Notes under the pieces: model-generated
Told to the model about the DNA's origin: nothing
Database searches by the model: none
Seen by the model: only the letters and a program-made list of their open reading frames with translations
Part shown: piece after piece, positions 1 to 10,322 of the stretch
Position numbering within the stretch: position 1 is the first letter of the stretch
Layout of the letters: the number at the start of each line of letters is the position of its first letter
Source: a virus
Taxonomy: Duplodnaviria > Caudoviricetes
Strand: one strand, 5' to 3'
Virus record (IMG/VR): IMGVR_UViG_3300044611_001018
Length of the DNA stretch: 64,000 bases
Made by a program: the position numbers and the translations under genes

Positions 1-2718
1 TTTAGCTGGCTTCAAGAATATATCAGCTCTAAATTCATTGTTATCAATAATATCTGGAGTGTTGTTGGTTTCGTCGCAAATTACAAGGAAGTCATAGATT
101 CCACGCTTAGCTTGGATATCACGTAAGTATGGTTCGACGATATTTACAAAATTAGATCTCGTAATTTGATCATTAAATTCAAAGAGTTGAGCTTCTGCTG
201 CTCTTTCGAGTGCTTGTTCAACAGTTAAGAATAATCTACGAACGTTAATTCTATCAAATGCAGATGCATATGATAATGCAGTTTTATCTCCGAATAGAAG
301 AATACCTGCACCATTTTGATTTACGATAGAATTAATTCTCGCTGAGTATAAAGCATCTCTTTGAGTTTTATTTGGATTGAATGCCAACTTGATAGCATTC
401 TTCAGAACACCTCTTTGCTGACCAGCAGGTGAGAACCATGGATAAGCAATTAAGTTTGTTCTTGCCATTAGACCAGCAACGTCTGGGTTGCAAGGAATAT
501 ATCGGAATAAGTTATTAAATCTATCATAAGTGTACTTATAACCACTATCAAAAATTGCATATGATGAAGATTGAAGTGGACCAAAGAATTCAATAATATT
601 ATTAGTTTGAACAATTGGGTTTGTTAGATCAACAACAGATGCTCTGTGTGGAGATACTACCGCAATACAATCTTTTCTACCGTCAGCGATAGAAATTAGT
701 TTATTTGCCTTTGCTTGGGAATCACTAAGAGAATCCAATCCTGGTCCCATAAGCAGGTAGTCTACAGCAACATCTTCTTTATTATTGAATAACTCATATG
801 ATTCAATAATATCTCCTAGGGTAGATTTTAAATTACCTTGAGTTGTGTAATTTTTACCCTTGCCTAAGTCATAAACAACTCTACCAATGGAAGAGAATAC
901 TGAATCCTTAGAGTTTCTATCCCAAACTGTATTTGCTAATGATGGAACACTAAACGTAGTTGCTGGATCTGATAAATTATAAATTGTTTGAGTTGCTGCT
1001 AAATTAAATATTGTTGATGTTGGGAATGTATTCCAAACTATATCATTTTGAGTTGATTGGTTGGCACCAGCGTACAGATAGTTTGAATAATTTGCAAGAT
1101 AATTCTTGTACCACATTTTTTGTGGAGAATTAACTTCAGATACAGTGTCCTTTGCTTTGGACATAAAGAGATGCTTCTCAAGAATATTTCCCTTTACGCC
1201 AGTTAATGTACCATCGTCATCAACAACTATAACGTGCATCTCATCATTTTCTCCACCTCTTTCAGAAACATAATTTGATGTTCCTGGTTTTGGTGCAACT
1301 GTTCTCCAATAAATGGTTGAATTACTTAATCCTAAAGTTTGAGAATCATACCAGTCATCAACGCCTGCAATCACAACTCTCGAATTGCTATTTGTTACTG
1401 TAAGAACAACTTTATCATCCCTTAAAGATGTGATGGTTAAAGTTGCATTATCTCCAGGAGTTACACCACCAATTGATGCTCCAGGAATAGTAACAACTGT
1501 ATTTGAACCATATCCTAGTCCAGGATTGACCATTGTAACAGTTCCAATTCCACCAGAACTATTTCTATAAACATTAAACGACACACCAGTTCCAACTGTG
1601 CTTACTCCAGCAACAGCAAGATATACTCCATTAGATGCTGCTACAACTACAGGAGCAGTTGTAAGTCCAATATTGTTAATAACACCTTGGGATAAATTGT
1701 AACCACCGACTGCAGTTCCAGCAATAGATACTGTGTCACCTACAGTGTAACCTAATCCTGCATTTACAATACTTGCACTCAAAACATTACCATCAGTATT
1801 ATTTCTAGTGATGGTGAATGTTGCTCCAGACCCAGTTCCCGCAGTTGTTCCACCAACTCCAGTATATGATTGTCCTTGTTGACCATTTATTGCGGTAGAT
1901 GATGTAACTCCTACTGCAGAAATAGAATCTGTTGGTGAGGCAACTTCTCCATTATTATCAATAACGGTAATCCTTTGATCTTTTAAGAAAGATGCAAAAG
2001 CACTATTTTGGGTATAATATGTTCTAAAATGTCTTCCAGGCTCAGTTCCACCAGTAGAAACTCTAGAATGAATTTTTACGACTACAGCACTAACACCAGT
2101 TTCTGGAGAATCAATTGCTTGAGTAATAACTCCTTTTAAATATCCTTGGAAGACAGCAGTCGTTCCAGTTCCAGGAATAACTTGACCACTAATATCTACT
2201 GTTACTGCATATCCAACTTGAACACCAATGCTGCTTAAAGCAGTTGTTGCAATACCAAGAATTTGATCTCCTAAATCATCAATGTAGCAAACCTTTAACC
2301 CATTTGCCCATGTTCCTGGGTTTTTTGCAGCGTAGTAAAAACTTGCTGCAGTATTTGTGAAGTTTGCATTAAAATCATCAAAGTTTTTGATTTTAACACC
2401 AGTTACGCTAGTTGTACCAACACCAACGTTAGCGTTTGAAAGGTTAGCACCATCAGTTCTAACGACCTTTAGAACACCGCCATATGAGAGGTAAGATGAA
2501 CCACTCATCCAATATTCATACTGGTTATCTGCTGTTTGTGGCTTACCAAAGTTGTTGATTAGTTCCTGTTCCGTAGCAACAGTAATTGGTTCGTTTACAG
2601 GACCAATTTCAAAAGGTCCTGCAATACCTCCAATATTATCTAATACGTTGTCAGCTCTTCCTACGGTTAAATCAACCTCTCTAGTCAGTACACCAGGAGA
2701 TAATTGAGGAGTCGCCAT
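1..2718 (-). CDS. gp18: Contractile tail sheath protein (3' end runs off the window; at least 906 aa)
   Basis: Manually translated from ATG 2718: MATPQLSPGVLTREVDLT...GPFEIGPVNEP...FGKP... to ...CDETNNTPDIIDNNEFRADIFLKPAK at base 1. These are typical T4 gp18 N- and C-terminal motifs; follows gp17. Absent from the ORF track because there is no stop in the window. Confidence 0.95.
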   Translation of the reverse strand, partial: MATPQLSPGVLTREVDLTVGRADNVLDNIGGIAGPFEIGPVNEPITVATEQELINNFGKPQTADNQYEYWMSGSSYLSYGGVLKVVRTDGANLSNANVGVGTTSVTGVKIKNFDDFNANFTNTAASFYYAAKNPGTWANGLKVCYIDDLGDQILGIATTALSSIGVQVGYAVTVDISGQVIPGTGTTAVFQGYLKGVITQAIDSPETGVSAVVVKIHSRVSTGGTEPGRHFRTYYTQNSAFASFLKDQRITVIDNNGEVASPTDSISAVGVTSSTAINGQQGQSYTGVGGTTAGTGSGATFTITRNNTDGNVLSASIVNAGLGYTVGDTVSIAGTAVGGYNLSQGVINNIGLTTAPVVVAASNGVYLAVAGVSTVGTGVSFNVYRNSSGGIGTVTMVNPGLGYGSNTVVTIPGASIGGVTPGDNATLTITSLRDDKVVLTVTNSNSRVVIAGVDDWYDSQTLGLSNSTIYWRTVAPKPGTSNYVSERGGENDEMHVIVVDDDGTLTGVKGNILEKHLFMSKAKDTVSEVNSPQKMWYKNYLANYSNYLYAGANQSTQNDIVWNTFPTSTIFNLAATQTIYNLSDPATTFSVPSLANTVWDRNSKDSVFSSIGRVVYDLGKGKNYTTQGNLKSTLGDIIESYELFNNKEDVAVDYLLMGPGLDSLSDSQAKANKLISIADGRKDCIAVVSPHRASVVDLTNPIVQTNNIIEFFGPLQSSSYAIFDSGYKYTYDRFNNLFRYIPCNPDVAGLMARTNLIAYPWFSPAGQQRGVLKNAIKLAFNPNKTQRDALYSARINSIVNQNGAGILLFGDKTALSYASAFDRINVRRLFLTVEQALERAAEAQLFEFNDQITRSNFVNIVEPYLRDIQAKRGIYDFLVICDETNNTPDIIDNNEFRADIFLKPAK

Positions 2719-2755
2719 GGATAATTCTCCGTAAAATTCTCAGTTTATCTGAAAA

Positions 2756-2761
2756 TATTTA
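2756..2761 (-). promoter_or_regulatory. T4-type late promoter (TAAATA) upstream of gp18
   Basis: Minus strand CTAAATAT about 40 nt before the gp18 ATG; resembles the T4 gp55-dependent TATAAATA. Confidence 0.55.
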
Positions 2762-2805
2762 GGAAAATGGGTAATTACATGGGGGAAATTGTGGGTGAAC
2801 ATTAA

Positions 2806-3036
2806 TTACCAGTCAGGATATTCCCATTCAGCAACTTTGACTAGTTTTTTTCTAGAATTTACAATTCTTTTTACCGTGCAATCTTTACATTCATAGGAAT
2901 ATGATGATGCAACTGTTCCCCTTTTTTTACGAGTTCTGTAAAATCCATCAATTAAATTTTTATTTTCTCCACATACTCTGCATTTTCTATCTACAAGCAA
3001 TAAGTGACTTAGTTTTATCTGCTTGTCTAACTCCAT
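2806..3036 (-). CDS. Small CxxC...CxxC (Zn-binding) hypothetical protein
   Basis: RKCRVCG...YECKDC; ATG 3036 overlaps the gp17 stop (TAATG). Confidence 0.75.
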   Translation of the reverse strand: MELDKQIKLSHLLLVDRKCRVCGENKNLIDGFYRTRKKRGTVASSYSYECKDCTVKRIVNSRKKLVKVAEWEYPDW

Positions 3037-4682
3037 TATTTGTACTCCCACATGTAAGACATATCCCCATATTCATCAGTAAACCATCTATCACCATCAC
3101 CATCAACAAAACTATTTGAATCTAAACCATCAACAATAAATCCAAATGGTGCCATATCTTGTTCTATTTGATTTTTTTGCTCTTCATACAATCTTTTCCT
3201 AACATCTTGATCTGTAAGTTCTTTAAAATAATCCTGAACAACTAACCAAGCATATATTACTAGGCACATTGCTAAATCATCATTACACCCATCTTCCGCT
3301 TCAAAGGAATTTGATTTTTGAATGAATGTAGTTAATTCACTAATAATATCGTAATCTTTAAATAAAAGTTTACTTTCTTCAACTAAAGTTTTAAGGTTAA
3401 GACATCCAACTTTTTTAACAGTTTTTGACATCTTGACACCAAGTTGGGTCTTTTTGCCAGAAAAACCTTGCCCAACAATTTGACCTGCTCTACCCCTCAT
3501 TGAACACATAAGCAGGTTGTTGTACTCTAAATCATATTGTAAAATACTAGCAACTTGATCTCCAACATCATTTACTTCACATAATATGTAAGCATCATTG
3601 TAATTTTTAGCCACCTCATGAATAATACTGGGAAATATCATTGGTTTTATTTCATTATCTCTATACTTTGCTACTAAAGTATGTGGGAATTGTGTTATAT
3701 CAATAACAGTAAACGCTGAATAATCACTACCAACTCCTCTAGCAACGTCAACGGTTATGACATAATTGTGCTCTTCCTTAGAATCTTCAAAAACATCAAG
3801 TCCCTGGTTACTAATTGCTGGAGATTCGTAAACCAAATTTCTTAGTTTACTTGGACTAATCAATGTATCAACAGATCCTAAGAATTCACATTCAAACTCA
3901 ACCCTGAATTGCTGCTCTGATGTATTTGCAATAGTTTGCTTCTTCCATACTTCATCTCTCCCAGGAACATCACTCCAATGAACCTCAGTCGGAATATATT
4001 CATTTTTACCCCTTTCTGCATCATGCCAAAGTTTATAAAAATGATTCATACCATGTGGGGTAGAAACAATTATAACCTTTGTATTTTTACCAGACGAAAT
4101 TGTAGGATAAACTGAGCTAAAAAACTGATCAGCAATATGATTTGCAACGAACGCAAATTCGTCAAGGAAAATAATATTATAAGATCCACCTCGAACTGCA
4201 GATGCGGATGTTGATGCTGCAATAATTTTAGATCCGTTTTCTAGTTCAAGAGATGCCTTGTTCCATGTCAAAACACCTTGTTGTAACCAACGAGGTAAAT
4301 TTTCATATGCAGTCTGTAGTCTATCTAGCAAGTCTTTTGCAGTAGATGCTTTGTTAGCAAGAATTGCAATATTTACATTATCATTAAAAATAGCATAATG
4401 TAGAAGATAAGAAACAACAATTGTTGATTTACCAGACTGTCTAGGAAGTTTACAAATATTGAATCGATTATTGTGAAATCGGTCCAACATTGTTTCTTGG
4501 AATGGATATGGATTAAATGTTTGTAATCCATGGTCCAAAGTAACAATATTAATATAATTTCTTGCAAAATAAACTGGGTCATCAATACACTTAGCAAATT
4601 CAATAACCTGCTCTTCAGTAAATCCCTGAGAAGTATTTGCTTTTTTTAATAGTGGATTGCCAAGATAATGATCAACTGCCAT
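3036..4682 (-). CDS. gp17: Terminase large subunit
   Basis: 548 aa; N-term YLGNPLLKK, Walker A PRQSGKST, Walker B IIFLDEFAF, nuclease VDVARG and DDLAM motifs. Confidence 0.97.
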   Translation of the reverse strand: MAVDHYLGNPLLKKANTSQGFTEEQVIEFAKCIDDPVYFARNYINIVTLDHGLQTFNPYPFQETMLDRFHNNRFNICKLPRQSGKSTIVVSYLLHYAIFNDNVNIAILANKASTAKDLLDRLQTAYENLPRWLQQGVLTWNKASLELENGSKIIAASTSASAVRGGSYNIIFLDEFAFVANHIADQFFSSVYPTISSGKNTKVIIVSTPHGMNHFYKLWHDAERGKNEYIPTEVHWSDVPGRDEVWKKQTIANTSEQQFRVEFECEFLGSVDTLISPSKLRNLVYESPAISNQGLDVFEDSKEEHNYVITVDVARGVGSDYSAFTVIDITQFPHTLVAKYRDNEIKPMIFPSIIHEVAKNYNDAYILCEVNDVGDQVASILQYDLEYNNLLMCSMRGRAGQIVGQGFSGKKTQLGVKMSKTVKKVGCLNLKTLVEESKLLFKDYDIISELTTFIQKSNSFEAEDGCNDDLAMCLVIYAWLVVQDYFKELTDQDVRKRLYEEQKNQIEQDMAPFGFIVDGLDSNSFVDGDGDRWFTDEYGDMSYMWEYK

Positions 4683-4702
4683 AATATAAACCTTTTAATT
4701 TT

Positions 4703-6604
4703 TTAGTTACAATTCCAACGACGAAGTGCTTTGTTGATTCTAGAATCTGGATCTCTAGAAGTTTCTGCAGAAGTCAATTTTGACTTCATGCCTTTCATGC
4801 GACTACAAAAATTTGAACGACGTTTTGCTCTTTTTCCTTCTGGATTTTTTTCAGTTACTGCAGTTTGTAACTTTGAACCTGGATTTTCACGACGATATGC
4901 ATTTACTGCTTTTTTGCTCAATCCATCGGTTTTATCTTGACGATTAACTTTTTGCCAATCTTCATCAACCTCGAATTCTTCGCCCATTGGCTTTACATAA
5001 TTTTTATTTGGTCCTGGTTTACCAAGATTTCCTCCATGATAACCAACTCTAACGATTGGAGCATCAATTGCAGAATAGTTGCTTGCAATATCAGTAATAC
5101 CAAAGGTAATTACTTTTCCACCAGGATAAATCTTTTCAACTTCCCTTTGAACATCTTTTTTAGATGGCATTTTTGCCTGAGGGAAGAACATTGTAAGTTG
5201 TTGTGTTCTTCCTCTCCACATTACAATTGCTGCAATTAAATTACCAAATTCTGCAGGAAGTCTTACTGCTTCTCCAATTTCATGCTCTTCCTTATTCATT
5301 AATTGTCGAGCAAGATCATTTGCTCTTCTTTGTTGTCCACGATAAAGTTTTTGTCTTGCATCAGAACTTGCTCTGGCAGTATCACGATCCGCAACTGTTT
5401 TAATTTTGCTACGAATTGTATTTGCTTGTCTGCGCTTTTTGGGATCTGGTGAATTACTTAAAACTTTTGCTCTTCTTTCTGCTTTCTCTTCACCAGTCTT
5501 TCCTGAATATCTAAATTCACCTGCTTGACGAGTCACAGGAATTTTTGCTTCGTCAATTTCATATTCTTCATTTTTACCTGCCATATAATTTGCTGCAGAA
5601 TCCATGTAGTCTGTAGCAAGAGTAATTTTTGATTGTACCCAAGCAGGCACTTGCATTTTTGGATTTTTAATCTCTTCCCTCAAACGCTTACAATGCATTT
5701 CAATTTGTTCTAATTGATTTAGAATCATTGAACCTTCATCATCCAGTTCTTTACCCATAGCAATATCGACATGGTTTTCAACATTCAATGTTTTTGGATA
5801 ACCTTTTTGTCCTGGTTTTTTGCGAGGTAGTCCTTTTTCTCTACGATCATGAATGTTATCCCACAATCCTTTTTTCTCATCTATTACATCTTGTGGTGTA
5901 ATTAGATCAATAAATTCTACAAATTTATTGCCAAACATATCTTCTATTGTCACACTTTCTGAAGTTGTAGATTTTGATTCAACTTTTTTTAATTTTGTAT
6001 AATAATCTGGAACTTCATCTAAATGCTGAAGTGCAGTAATCCTTGCTGCAGTTTTATTTGAAGTATGTTCTCCTTCTACCTTAATACCCATCTCAAGTTG
6101 CTTTTTAATTTCTTCAACTGATACATTATGCTTTGCAGCAATTTCTTTTGGAGATTTATATTTTTTAACTGGTCCTTTAGGATCTCTTTCTTCCTTTACT
6201 GTACAATCATCATTCCCATGAATTGGACAATTTTTTCCTTTTTTAGAATGATTGCATTCTTTCTCTTCTGCGACTGGTTTACCAATTCCTACTTCAGTTC
6301 TTTTAGTTCCAGTTGGTTGTCCATCAATCTTAAATCCTGATGGAATTTTTTTACATTGTTTATCTGTATTGCACCAATAGTGACCCTTACCACACATCTC
6401 TTCACCAAGAACTAACTCTGCTAAAGATGGTTGATATTCATTTTTTAATGGTAAAGACACCGCTGCTGAAGGTCTTAATTTTTTTGCAGCAACCTTTGCT
6501 TCATTTTCATTAGGAGATTTTGTCATACTCCTAATTTTTTCTTGTTTTTGTGCATCTTTATGGGTTGCTTTATTAATATTAAAACTCGTCATCTTTTTGG
6601 ACAA
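4703..6604 (-). CDS. Conserved cyanophage hypothetical, modular 633-aa protein between gp16 and gp17
   Basis: Long ORF; modules MGIKVEGEH...ALQHLDEVPDYYTKL, VPAWVQSKITLATDY and C-terminal RRSNFCSRMKG...INKALRRWNC; own late promoter. Confidence 0.85.
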   Translation of the reverse strand: MSKKMTSFNINKATHKDAQKQEKIRSMTKSPNENEAKVAAKKLRPSAAVSLPLKNEYQPSLAELVLGEEMCGKGHYWCNTDKQCKKIPSGFKIDGQPTGTKRTEVGIGKPVAEEKECNHSKKGKNCPIHGNDDCTVKEERDPKGPVKKYKSPKEIAAKHNVSVEEIKKQLEMGIKVEGEHTSNKTAARITALQHLDEVPDYYTKLKKVESKSTTSESVTIEDMFGNKFVEFIDLITPQDVIDEKKGLWDNIHDRREKGLPRKKPGQKGYPKTLNVENHVDIAMGKELDDEGSMILNQLEQIEMHCKRLREEIKNPKMQVPAWVQSKITLATDYMDSAANYMAGKNEEYEIDEAKIPVTRQAGEFRYSGKTGEEKAERRAKVLSNSPDPKKRRQANTIRSKIKTVADRDTARASSDARQKLYRGQQRRANDLARQLMNKEEHEIGEAVRLPAEFGNLIAAIVMWRGRTQQLTMFFPQAKMPSKKDVQREVEKIYPGGKVITFGITDIASNYSAIDAPIVRVGYHGGNLGKPGPNKNYVKPMGEEFEVDEDWQKVNRQDKTDGLSKKAVNAYRRENPGSKLQTAVTEKNPEGKRAKRRSNFCSRMKGMKSKLTSAETSRDPDSRINKALRRWNCN

Positions 6605-6613
6605 ACCTTTTTT

Positions 6614-7057
6614 CTATTTATCTGGAAGATCATTTCCCTTTTGTTTCTTTAGAAATTTAGATAACTCATCAGTAGAACCAAAAAATACTGAATTATTGGT
6701 AACATTAGTTGTGCTCCCTCTTTTAGAATTATTATCATCAAGATCTTTTAATTTCTTTTGAAGGTCTAATAACTTATCAGTTGCATCTGCAACATTTTTA
6801 ATTAACTGTCCAACAACTTCATATGCTCTAGGTTGACCACCATCAATAGCTAATTCTAAAGCACTGTTTAGTGCTTCTTGTCCCTTCTCTATAATTGAAT
6901 ACAAATTACCTCTAGTATATTCATAATCTTTAGTTACATCAAAGTCATCACTTTTAATATCTTTAGATACCTCGGCAGTTTCTTTTTTTACTATTGATGA
7001 TTCAACATCAAAAGCACTACTTAAATTTTCAAATTTATCTTTCATAACATTATCCAT
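6614..7057 (-). CDS. gp16: Terminase small subunit (start could be 7045, 7057 or 7081)
   Basis: DYEYTRGNLYSIIEKGQEAL...PRAYEVVGQLIKNVAD...TNNSVFFGST; position upstream of gp17. Confidence 0.9.
   Translation of the reverse strand: MDNVMKDKFENLSSAFDVESSIVKKETAEVSKDIKSDDFDVTKDYEYTRGNLYSIIEKGQEALNSALELAIDGGQPRAYEVVGQLIKNVADATDKLLDLQKKLKDLDDNNSKRGSTTNVTNNSVFFGSTDELSKFLKKQKGNDLPDK
6615..6621 (-). promoter_or_regulatory. Late promoter ATAAATA
   Basis: Plus strand TATTTAT overlapping the gp16 stop, just upstream of the 633-aa ORF. Confidence 0.6.
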
Positions 7058-8039
7058 TAAATCCAAAATCGTCTCCAGCAATAATTAAACTATTATCTGC
7101 TGAAGAAATTAAATAAACACCACTTCCACCAACGTGCTCAACATTATCTGTTTTATAAGCACCTCTAGTTACAGTTAGAGTATTGCCATTTTTTGATCTT
7201 ACATAAATTGTTTCATCATCAATTGTAATGTAAGATTGCTCTGGAATATTTGATGCATTAGTTACTTCAAGTGTCGATAATGTATCTGTAATGTCAATTG
7301 CTAAATTTGTTACCAAGTTACCTGCATAACTCTTTGTAGCAACTGGTTCTTTGTAGATTAATCCTCTTGATGCTGCAGTGCTGTATTCTCCACCAGCAAT
7401 ACCAATAGAAACCTTTTTGATAATATCTTTTGAAGAATCTGGAACTGGTCCAAACAAATATGTTTTAGCAACAAATTTTAAGGTATAAAGTAAAACTCTT
7501 CTTGAATTGTAATCACCATCATAGTTATCTTGGAATGATACATTTTCTAAAGATATTGGAATATCTCTTTTTTCACCTATAGATTCTACAAGATCAATTG
7601 TAAGAGTAAAATTTGGTTGAAAATATGGAAGTATTTGTTCAATAATTTGAAGAGCATCATCATTCAAAAGAGTCATTATGGATAACTCAAATTCCATATT
7701 GTATGGAACTGGGAAATACATTCTACGTATTTCTTTACCGTCATTCTTTAAACTAGTAGTAAAAGCTTGTGTTGCTGCCAACTTTCTGGTATTGTCATAA
7801 GAAATGCCAGTAAACTCAAATGACATTCTTGGCAAACTAATTTGAACAGGTTTATTCAAATCTGGTTCTTGTTCAATTCTAGCCAGAAATTTTTGTGTTG
7901 GACCATAAGCTAAAGGAACTTGTATTATTTCAGAAGGATCATTACCAGAACCATCTCTTTTTATTGTAATACCATTAAAAAGTGTTCCGAATGCAATAAC
8001 AGTTTTTCTAAAGACTTGGTGATAAAAATGATCAAACAT
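7050..8039 (-). CDS. gp15: Tail sheath stabiliser / tail terminator
   Basis: YHQVFRKTVIAFGTLFN...VPLAYGPTQKFLAR...LPRMSFE...PVPYNMEFEL. Confidence 0.93.
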   Translation of the reverse strand: MFDHFYHQVFRKTVIAFGTLFNGITIKRDGSGNDPSEIIQVPLAYGPTQKFLARIEQEPDLNKPVQISLPRMSFEFTGISYDNTRKLAATQAFTTSLKNDGKEIRRMYFPVPYNMEFELSIMTLLNDDALQIIEQILPYFQPNFTLTIDLVESIGEKRDIPISLENVSFQDNYDGDYNSRRVLLYTLKFVAKTYLFGPVPDSSKDIIKKVSIGIAGGEYSTAASRGLIYKEPVATKSYAGNLVTNLAIDITDTLSTLEVTNASNIPEQSYITIDDETIYVRSKNGNTLTVTRGAYKTDNVEHVGGSGVYLISSADNSLIIAGDDFGFNG

Positions 8040-8055
8040 TGTTTATATCTCTCCT

Positions 8056-9456
8056 TTATGGAATCCCAAATGGATTTGTTTCACTAAAATCTATAATTTG
8101 ATCTGCTTCGATTTCAATATCTTGATTTTGAGCAAATTTATTTTCAGGGATATTATTCTTATTTAGAATTGTAACTGCATATGCTGCTCCACTAACTTGT
8201 CCAATTATTGCTTCACCTTCAATAAAATCACCTAAAATATTACCAAGTTTTAGTATTTTATTGACGCCATCCCAAGATTTGACTTTTGCTCTAGAACTAC
8301 TTGCAGCACCGATTACATTTTCATTGTATAAGTACGTTCCATACCCAACTGTTTGTTGTGGACCTGCAATAATAATTGTTGGAATCCCTTCATAAAAACC
8401 ACCAGCATCTTCAAGAATAATTCCAGTTACAGTTCCTGCAGTTGACACAATTGCTTTACCGACAGCATTAATTGTAGTACTTCCAATACCAGGTTTTACA
8501 AATGTGACTGTAGGAATACCAATATATCCACTACCACCACTAGTTATTGTAATAATTCCAACTGCTCCATCAGATATTGATGCAGTAGCGTATGCGCCCT
8601 TACCACCTCCACCAACAAAAGTAACTCTTGGTGGAGTTGTATAACCATATCCTGAATTAATAATGTTGACTGCTTGAACTCTTGAAGTGTCTGGACTTGT
8701 ATCACAAAAATCAACAATTCCTTTAATCATTGAGGCAATGCCAACAGCAGTTAATCCACCAGAAGGTGCAGAAGTAATTGCAACCCTAGGAATAGAACTA
8801 TATCCAGATCCTCTTCTAGATACAGCAATTCTCCTTACGGAACCATTTCGTAGACTTGTGATCGCAGTAGCGGTCGAACCCAAACCAACCATGTTGAAAG
8901 TTTGAATATAACCTTCATCACTAATATTATCATCAATCTCAAGAATTCCAGTATCAATTTCTTCATCATTATATGCATATAGTTCACATCTCAATTCATA
9001 AACATAATTTTTTTGCAGCTGATAAAATGGTTTTTCATGCTCAACATACTTAATTTCAAATAAACGATCACCTAAAGGAAAATATATCAAATCTCCTTCT
9101 TTAGGTCTACTTGTTAATTTTGATTTATTTCTTATTTCTATAAATGGTCTAACAGCAATCTCGTAACGTTCTTGTGATATTATTAAATTTAAATCATCAA
9201 CTTCTTGAACTCCAAATTTGGATAGTAAAGTTCCAGCACCACTATATCCATCATAAGTATCTACATACGCTTCTATAGGAATAGCATCTCTAAATTCTGA
9301 TCTAGATACTTCTTCCATAATAGTTTTTTCATTTACAAAGATTCTGGGGATGTAATATATTTCAACCCCAAACATTTTTAAATGTTCATTTACTAAATCT
9401 TGGATTAAATTCTGTTCTCCAGAAGAACCATGTAAAAAAAATGGATTTAATGCCAT
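8056..9456 (-). CDS. gp14: Neck protein with Gly-rich beta-repeat insertion
   Basis: EQNLIQDLVNEHLKMFG...PKEGDLIYFP...LFEIKYVEHEKPFYQL; C-term DFSETNPFG. Confidence 0.92.
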   Translation of the reverse strand: MALNPFFLHGSSGEQNLIQDLVNEHLKMFGVEIYYIPRIFVNEKTIMEEVSRSEFRDAIPIEAYVDTYDGYSGAGTLLSKFGVQEVDDLNLIISQERYEIAVRPFIEIRNKSKLTSRPKEGDLIYFPLGDRLFEIKYVEHEKPFYQLQKNYVYELRCELYAYNDEEIDTGILEIDDNISDEGYIQTFNMVGLGSTATAITSLRNGSVRRIAVSRRGSGYSSIPRVAITSAPSGGLTAVGIASMIKGIVDFCDTSPDTSRVQAVNIINSGYGYTTPPRVTFVGGGGKGAYATASISDGAVGIITITSGGSGYIGIPTVTFVKPGIGSTTINAVGKAIVSTAGTVTGIILEDAGGFYEGIPTIIIAGPQQTVGYGTYLYNENVIGAASSSRAKVKSWDGVNKILKLGNILGDFIEGEAIIGQVSGAAYAVTILNKNNIPENKFAQNQDIEIEADQIIDFSETNPFGIP

Positions 9457-9460
9457 ATGA

Positions 9461-10300
9461 TTAACCTATCATATCTAATGGTGGTAATTCATAAGTTGAT
9501 GACATCTTCGACATAATTTCACTCAATTCCTTTTCACCATCATCATAAATCTGTCTTCCATTTAATTCCACGCCACCTGGTAATTTAACTCCTTGGAATT
9601 TTATGAGGTTTTGTCCCCATTGCTTTTTAATTAATGCTGTTAAGTATGGTTTTAAAAAGGAATCATTCCAAATTCTTGGAGATTCGGTAGGGTCTAAGAT
9701 TCTATAACAATCTATAATTAGATACTGTCCTGGAGTAATAGCAGACCAGTCTACATCAAGATATAACCTATCTTGTCTTTGATTAAATCTAATTTGTTTT
9801 TGCGTTGTCAATAAGAAATCAATATCTTCCAAATATCTTTTAACCATTGAATATGTCAATAATTCAACTGACCCCCAATAGTAAATATCATTCAAAAATA
9901 ATTGATATTTAATACTAAACATTCCGCTTGATAATGAATTAGAACCCTCAAAACTAAGAACCTTATTAACACCAATTACATGAGGTGGTATTTGAATATA
10001 GTTACTTGTTTCAAAGTAATTAAAAGTTTTTGCAACACCAACAATATTAGTTGTTGTTGAAGTTACTGCTATTCCAGGACCACCAAATTTAGCTCGTCCC
10101 CTATCAATATCTTCTTGAGTTACTTGATACTTTAGATAAGTTTGGGTTACTCCATCAAAATGACGCTCATAAAAAAATTGCAAGGCATCATCAACTAAGT
10201 CTTCAATCTGCTCATCAGCAACATTTATTTCAAGGACTGGATATCCAAGTTTTCTCTTGCAGTAATCTATAAGTTCTTGTCTAGATGTTGGTTGAGCCAT
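9461..10300 (-). CDS. gp13: Neck protein / head-tail adaptor
   Basis: PTSRQELIDYCKRKLGYPVLEINV...KQWGQNLIKFQGVKLPGGVELNG. Confidence 0.95.
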   Translation of the reverse strand: MAQPTSRQELIDYCKRKLGYPVLEINVADEQIEDLVDDALQFFYERHFDGVTQTYLKYQVTQEDIDRGRAKFGGPGIAVTSTTTNIVGVAKTFNYFETSNYIQIPPHVIGVNKVLSFEGSNSLSSGMFSIKYQLFLNDIYYWGSVELLTYSMVKRYLEDIDFLLTTQKQIRFNQRQDRLYLDVDWSAITPGQYLIIDCYRILDPTESPRIWNDSFLKPYLTALIKKQWGQNLIKFQGVKLPGGVELNGRQIYDDGEKELSEIMSKMSSTYELPPLDMIG

Positions 10301-10322
10301 GTTTTAGTACCTTTATTGATTA

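Noticed and set aside
3036-4682. Intein or intron in terminase gp17
   Set aside because: 548 aa with contiguous motifs and no C/S...HN splicing signatures
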